Origin: a virus
Taxonomy: Duplodnaviria; Caudoviricetes
Reading direction: 5' to 3' (one strand)
IMG/VR virus record: IMGVR_UViG_3300028048_000096
Coordinates: 36,767 to 100,766 of that record
Length of the DNA: 64,000 nt
The position numbers and the translations under genes were made by a program. Shown here piece by piece: positions 58,785-64,000 of this stretch; position 1 is the stretch's first letter; every line of letters begins with the position of its first letter. The notes under the pieces were generated by a model. It had not been told where the DNA came from. It saw only the letters and a list, made by a program, of their open reading frames with translations, and did no database searches.

Positions 58785-60173
58785 TTATTTTTTATATCTA
58801 CTAAGAATTTCCACAATTCCACCCTCATGGGCGTCATCTTTAGGAACGAAGTTAGGAACTTTTTCTTCAGTAGTAAAAATGGCTGGTTTGCTTTGTACTA
58901 ATACAAAAGCAAGTTCTTTTTCTAAACTTTCTTCAGTATAATTGTCAAGTCCCTCTCTGAAGGTGTCAATTACCTCATTTCCAAGTTGGACGGAATACTT
59001 AGTCAGAATTGCTTCTTTCTTTGCAAGTTCCGCGGCCGCCTTGTACGAAGATAACTGCTCATTCTCCTGAGTTAACTCGTCAATTTTAGCTAAAGAATTT
59101 TCGTTCTCTGTCTTAATTGTATTATAAAGCTCTGCAGCTTCTTCATTTTCCTTTTTTAAAGTAGCAATAGTTGTATTGCACTCTTCAATTTTGCTGTCAG
59201 ATTCTGTAATTTTGTCTTCAAGACCAATTACATATTCATCAACATGTTCATAAGAATTGTTGCGAATAGAATGAAGCATATCTAATGCTCTCTTTTCCTC
59301 TTCATTTACATCAATAATATAAGCGGTTTCTTTTCTATCAAGAGCAACAGAATCTGTTTCATCATCTTTTGTATAATATACTCTTTCATATCCATTTTTA
59401 GCATAGTTGAAGGCTAAAGCATATTCATCATATACCTCACAAACTGAGTATTCCATTTCCCAGCCGCCTTCTTCATTGCAATTAGGATTGAGAAGAGTCC
59501 AAATCATATTTAACTTCTGATTATCGGAAAGTTTAAACTCCATCTGTTCTCCTCCTAATTGTGATTCGTTTGAGGCCAATTTGAATTGCTCAAACTCTTC
59601 GATGGTGTTTTTAATTGACTCACAGAACGTATAGAATGCCGCGCCTTCAAAACAAGGCTCATAATCATCCCCTAATGCCTGTAATCCTAAAAAACGTCCC
59701 TCTTTAAAAACAAAATATCTTTTACCATTAATAAATTGCCACTCTCCGTCTATCGAGTCAGCATATAACTCCATAGACTGTGCTTTATCTACAATCTGTA
59801 ATGCTTCTTGCTTATAGATTCCAGTAAAGAGATACACATCAGCGCACGCATACATACGTTCTACGCCATCTTCATCAAGATGAGTCTCCCAAGCAAAGTT
59901 AGGATTTTCTGGCACGATACCATAAATGCGACCCTCATACCTCTGTTTGCCATGGTCAGTAAAATCATCTTCCATCGAATCGTAGATTCCTTTTACTGGG
60001 GTATAAGGTAAAGTTGCAATTAATTTCTCTGCGAACTCATCGGTTATAAAGGTGCCATTTCTGTTCGCGCCTTTGTAGAAGATACGACAACGTGCCTGAG
60101 ACAGGACTTCATTATATGCGGTAATGTTGCCATAAACAGATAGAGAGAAACTAGTCATTTGTTCTTTATTCAT
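58785..60173 (-). CDS. prohead protease-scaffold fusion
   Basis: NRNG, H, QSMEL, LG...EPCFEGA protease-like N-terminal half; acidic coiled-coil C-terminal half. Confidence 0.75.
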   Translation of the reverse strand: MNKEQMTSFSLSVYGNITAYNEVLSQARCRIFYKGANRNGTFITDEFAEKLIATLPYTPVKGIYDSMEDDFTDHGKQRYEGRIYGIVPENPNFAWETHLDEDGVERMYACADVYLFTGIYKQEALQIVDKAQSMELYADSIDGEWQFINGKRYFVFKEGRFLGLQALGDDYEPCFEGAAFYTFCESIKNTIEEFEQFKLASNESQLGGEQMEFKLSDNQKLNMIWTLLNPNCNEEGGWEMEYSVCEVYDEYALAFNYAKNGYERVYYTKDDETDSVALDRKETAYIIDVNEEEKRALDMLHSIRNNSYEHVDEYVIGLEDKITESDSKIEECNTTIATLKKENEEAAELYNTIKTENENSLAKIDELTQENEQLSSYKAAAELAKKEAILTKYSVQLGNEVIDTFREGLDNYTEESLEKELAFVLVQSKPAIFTTEEKVPNFVPKDDAHEGGIVEILSRYKK

Positions 60174-61675
60174 TAGTTCGTATTGCCTCCTCTATCTAAT
60201 GAAATTTCATTAGCGACGGTCTTTTCACTCTTGTCCTGTGGGTCCAATGCCGGACGTCCAGGAGAGTTACCAGATTGAGTATACGAAGTACTTAATGGAA
60301 TAAGTTTATCGGCAAGTTTCAATACGTCATTCTCTAAATCTTTGATATTTACAATCTCGCTTTGAGAAATTCCCATAGCAAGCGCAGGAATCAAGAAACT
60401 ATAACCAGAATTAGCAAGTTTCATTGAATTCTCTATATATCTAGATTCATTATAATAAGTAATAGGCAAAATTTCATAATTAAAACTAACTTCACCATTA
60501 CTAAATTTATCGTTCATCAGTCTTGTTACTAATTTATTAAGTCTTTTTGCAAATATCATCATTAATGCCATATCATTATTAATGGACGTCTCTAAAGATA
60601 AGTTTGATTCAGTACCAAATAACTGACTACTTGACCCAGACTCTGCATAGATATTAGTAAGTGCCTTATCAACACTATTTAATGCATTGTCATTATTACT
60701 ATGAGCAACGATTGAATCCACATCAGCATAAGTTGTTAAAACACTGACATTGCTATCGTCCTTTAACATGTTAACCGTACCTTTATGGATATATTCTGCT
60801 TCATCTGGTTCAAATAAAAGTCCACCGTCTTGTAAATGTGGAATCCTTTGAACGATAATTTTACGTATTTCGTTAAGGTCGCGCGCCTTGTTGATTGCTT
60901 TCGCCTCTTCATACTCAAGCGCGGCAGGTATTAATTCTAAGAAAGTGGGTATACCGTCAACCAGCGGCAGATAAACTGCGATATCACCAGGTAAAGGACA
61001 CCAATTAATTCTTTTTCCTTTCTTATATAATCTATACCAATTAACTATAAACTCTGGATAAACATCTAACGTGTTTTCTTTGATTTTTTCCTCAACGATT
61101 GAATCAAAGTATTGCACATTAAATTCTAATACATCGTTTCCATCACTATCAATATACTTAGAACGACAATATTTTGTCGGTAAGTCCAAAATGACAAGAC
61201 CTTTGTTTGAGACGTCAGAAATGAGACCATAATAAGTCCCATCTCTCAATGCCCTTATAGCAAAATGAGTGAACAAAGAAGGTAAATTAGCATTATCTAA
61301 GAAAGTTGCTGCATTTCTGTACTTTTTTTGAATACTAGGTTTGGAGAGATTTAAACCAAATGTTGGATTCGGAATTAATATACCCATATATTTTAATAAA
61401 GTAGCATAATGTAGTAAAATTCTACGATAAAAACTATTGTGTTCGAAGAAGTAACGTGATAATTGAATTTTACTATCAAGGTCGGCTGAATCAAGGACTT
61501 TATCTATTTCTTCACGAGTATATGCACCAGTTTTTTTATCGCGCTTTAACCAACGATTATAATATCCCCAATAATCATCCAAACCTCTAGCAGAACTAAT
61601 TTTATCAACATTATCAATCATTTTTTTATAGGCATCAGTAAAGAGGGTGATTTGTTCTTGTGTCTTTTTATCCAT
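60173..61675 (-). CDS. portal protein
   Basis: 500 aa between terminase and protease; C-terminal P..TSYTQS...GRP. Confidence 0.75.
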   Translation of the reverse strand: MDKKTQEQITLFTDAYKKMIDNVDKISSARGLDDYWGYYNRWLKRDKKTGAYTREEIDKVLDSADLDSKIQLSRYFFEHNSFYRRILLHYATLLKYMGILIPNPTFGLNLSKPSIQKKYRNAATFLDNANLPSLFTHFAIRALRDGTYYGLISDVSNKGLVILDLPTKYCRSKYIDSDGNDVLEFNVQYFDSIVEEKIKENTLDVYPEFIVNWYRLYKKGKRINWCPLPGDIAVYLPLVDGIPTFLELIPAALEYEEAKAINKARDLNEIRKIIVQRIPHLQDGGLLFEPDEAEYIHKGTVNMLKDDSNVSVLTTYADVDSIVAHSNNDNALNSVDKALTNIYAESGSSSQLFGTESNLSLETSINNDMALMMIFAKRLNKLVTRLMNDKFSNGEVSFNYEILPITYYNESRYIENSMKLANSGYSFLIPALAMGISQSEIVNIKDLENDVLKLADKLIPLSTSYTQSGNSPGRPALDPQDKSEKTVANEISLDRGGNTN

Positions 61676-62890
61676 TTATTTACCCCCTGTAAAGAAAACT
61701 AATTTGCGCTCGCCCGCACCTCTACGTTGTTTTTTCTTATAGTATTCTTCTTCCATTTCTTTTATTCTATAAAGTCCATACTCAAATGATGAAAATTTAT
61801 CTTTGGGAAAGCGAGAATTAATTCTTTCTAATACTATGTCTAAACTAACACCAGTTCGTTTAAGTCGCAAATTACTCATTTCTTCAAACAGTTTAGTTGT
61901 CATTTCGTGTGGCATCAATCGTATTACGCGTTGTTCAGTAGTCATTTTTTGGCCAGCTTTAGTTGCAAGTAAAGCACTTTTTGCCTCTTGCTCCTTGATT
62001 AAAAAATGAACCATGCCCGCATTAAGACGGGAGTAGCAATTTCCATGCATTTTAGAGTTAAGTTGTTGATTAGCTTTCACTCCATATAAAATACGTGGTG
62101 CATCCTTCGGTTGAATTGTTTTATAAACATCATCATTTATAAATCCAAGCGGAGGAAGCTCATTGCCAGCCTCATCGAATTGCGTTTTAATCAATTCATC
62201 ACCTAAACCAACACCAAGACCATTAGTATCTATAACGACTTCGCGCGGATTAAATGCCTTGATTATTTTTTTTAAGTCTGCTGCCTGAACAGAAAATGGT
62301 TTTGTTTGAGGAGTTCTACCCAAAACGATAAGATTTACCAAAGTTGCATAAAACTTACCCTTTAAGATATTAACTCTAAAAACACAAACCGCAGTCTGGT
62401 CAGAAATACGACCAACGTCCACTGATATTAAGTAGAATTGTTCAGAGCCGGGTCTATTAATTGCGTGCGTTTCCGGATTTTTTATTTTTCTATATTTAGT
62501 AAGTTTATCAAAAGAAAACCAAGAATCTTCATTACTTCCTTGCCAAAGCGACAAATATTCAGTAGCAAAAGACTCCGCATTGTAAGACGGGCTCATTTTT
62601 AATTTATTAATAAATTGACGGTCAATAAGACCATGTAAAGCGGGAAGCCGCCAATCACATCCAAAAATAAAGGCGTGTTGAGGGTCAATTACCGCATTTT
62701 CAAAGGTATCAATTAAACGGTCATAGGCAAATGACATTTTTGAGCCAGCACTTGTAGCGCAAATAATTTGTTGATTAGGTTCTTTAGGATTAACTGTATT
62801 GTTAGGCAAACGACGAGATACGTTTACAAGAGGAAGAACTACTGAGTTAATAGATTCTTCATCTCCATCTCTAATCTCATCTATCATACC
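61676..62890 (-). CDS. terminase large subunit, 3' exon (5' exon lies beyond the window)
   Basis: Walker B (G)MIDE at the exon start, ATSAG, EY.S.W, ISVDVG, VIDTNGLG, KDKFS. Confidence 0.85.
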   Translation of the reverse strand, partial: GMIDEIRDGDEESINSVVLPLVNVSRRLPNNTVNPKEPNQQIICATSAGSKMSFAYDRLIDTFENAVIDPQHAFIFGCDWRLPALHGLIDRQFINKLKMSPSYNAESFATEYLSLWQGSNEDSWFSFDKLTKYRKIKNPETHAINRPGSEQFYLISVDVGRISDQTAVCVFRVNILKGKFYATLVNLIVLGRTPQTKPFSVQAADLKKIIKAFNPREVVIDTNGLGVGLGDELIKTQFDEAGNELPPLGFINDDVYKTIQPKDAPRILYGVKANQQLNSKMHGNCYSRLNAGMVHFLIKEQEAKSALLATKAGQKMTTEQRVIRLMPHEMTTKLFEEMSNLRLKRTGVSLDIVLERINSRFPKDKFSSFEYGLYRIKEMEEEYYKKKQRRGAGERKLVFFTGGK

Positions 62891-63059
62891 CAAATGTTAT
62901 CATAAAGGCTTTTTATCCTTTATTTCTTTAGTTTTCACTAAAGGTCGGCATATCTTTTCACATTTACATGCGCCGCGGCCTCGTGGATGGATTATATCTT
63001 TTCACCATCTATGCTCTGCCCCTGACTTAATTAATAAGCCTTCGGTTCGGATTCCCATA

Positions 63060-63884
63060 TCAGTTAGAAGAACCTGACTTAGGGTTCCCGTTTAATTCCG
63101 CGGTTTTAACACGGCCGTATAATTGATTCTTGATTTGAGACGGTAATTCGTCGTATTTCTTTTTATTTAATTTTCTAGAGCGTCCATTAAACCAGTCTTT
63201 AACTGTTGCAGGTTTAATGCCTAAATAATTTGCAACTATTGTATATGAATATCCAAGTTCTTGCGCGGCGAAGGCAAAATTATAATCATCTTGTGTTAAT
63301 TGATAAGCCTTTTGACTACCACCTTGCTTCAATTGTCGTTCAAATGCTTTTTGGTTTAACTGATAAGTAACAAAGGTGTTTGCAGCCATTTTACCTTTTT
63401 CTTCGTCACTCATTTGTTCAAATTGAGCATTTGCTTCTAAAAAACGAATTTTTCGTTTTGCCGCACTTGCGGTTCCTTTTGACCAACCAAAAATTTGTTC
63501 GCAAGTCTTACCATAACCATCACCATACTTCCACTGTATACATAAAAATTTAATTATATCTTCATTAAGAACTTTTTGATGCAGCGGTGGTGTGCCTCCA
63601 CCAGGAACTAAATTAAAGCCATTATTTAAACTGTCATATTTTTCAATATATTTACATTCTAATGACTTTAATTCATCTGGATGTTGAATTTCAAATTCCC
63701 AATAACGGAAATGAAATTCTTGCTCGCCATATTTATTCCAAGCATTTTGTAACTTGGGATTTTCATGAGTATTATTTCGTAAAGCACTTAAGTGGTCTCT
63801 TTTTCTACGTTTGTAGTCTACCGTTAGACCTATATAACTTTCACCAGTTATTAAGCACTCTATTTGATATATGTAACCTTTCAT
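63060..63884 (-). mobile_element. intron-encoded GIY-YIG endonuclease with C-terminal HTH
   Basis: GYIYQI..SYIGLT..R..H..L...H.N..LQ.AW.KYG..E...N; ORF end runs into the intron core. Confidence 0.85.
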
Positions 63885-63914
63885 TTATTGTTTCCTCCGC
63901 TTATCTCTTCTAAT

Positions 63915-63941
63915 TATAAGTGGAAAAATGAAAAGTAAACT
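63915..63941 (-). promoter_or_regulatory. putative late promoter inside the terminase intron
   Basis: AGTTTA-N13-CACTTATA upstream of the endonuclease RBS. Confidence 0.55.
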
Positions 63942-64000
63942 ATATAAAATTAAGTGGAGGTCGAAGTAAAATTTTAAATTTTATACTCGAAACCGTGTCT

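Larger units (their letters stand above)
62891..64000 (-). ncRNA. group I intron in terminase (5' end not in window)
   Basis: minus-strand core AATTAAACGGGAA..AATCCGAACCGAAG, GCAGAGCATAG / AAGATATGCC (P7 GCATA:TATGC), ending ACATTTG before GGT ATG ATA GAT GAG; exact 3' splice site inferred. Confidence 0.8.

Noticed and set aside
1-64000. tRNA/rRNA genes, integrase, endolysin/holin
   Set aside because: None recognised. Intergenic gaps are short and mostly explained; lifestyle cannot be determined from this window.

Overview
A 64 kb slice of a large, AT-rich (roughly one-third GC by eye) tailed dsDNA phage, most likely infecting an anaerobic Firmicute. The host is inferred from sigmaA-type promoters, AGGAGG RBSs, a class III RNR and a gene order reminiscent of SPbeta-like phages. 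There are three blocks. (i) 0-9.4 kb, minus strand: a six-gene Cys/Gly/Tyr-rich accessory cassette plus an array of Thr/Ser/Gly-rich fibre or adhesin-like genes. (ii) 9.5-42.7 kb, mostly plus strand: replication and nucleotide metabolism (mini-UvrD, GyrB/GyrA-type topoisomerase, SSB-like protein, AAA_24/Sak4-like ATPase, DnaB, primase, RecJ, DNA methyltransferase, DnaE, NrdD-FNT-NrdG, ThyX-like protein, dUTPase, RuvC-like resolvase). (iii) 42.8-64 kb, minus strand: virion module (terminase, portal, protease/scaffold, capsid, neck, two tail-tube-like genes, 3028-aa tape measure). Three group I introns interrupt the AAA_24, ThyX-like and terminase genes, and three more homing-endonuclease-like genes are free-standing. 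The most notable signals are: (1) free-standing nucleases whose own C-terminus duplicates the C-terminus of the upstream gene; (2) strong enrichment of GCGGCCGC/GGCCGC/CGCG words alongside GATC depletion; (3) a formate/nitrite-channel gene translationally coupled between nrdD and nrdG; (4) an intron whose endonuclease RBS and last codons form its P1/IGS; (5) a recurrent AGTTTA-N13-(C/G/T)ACTTA putative late promoter; (6) the uncharacterised six-gene cassette. All functional calls come from motif recognition only; no database searches were run.
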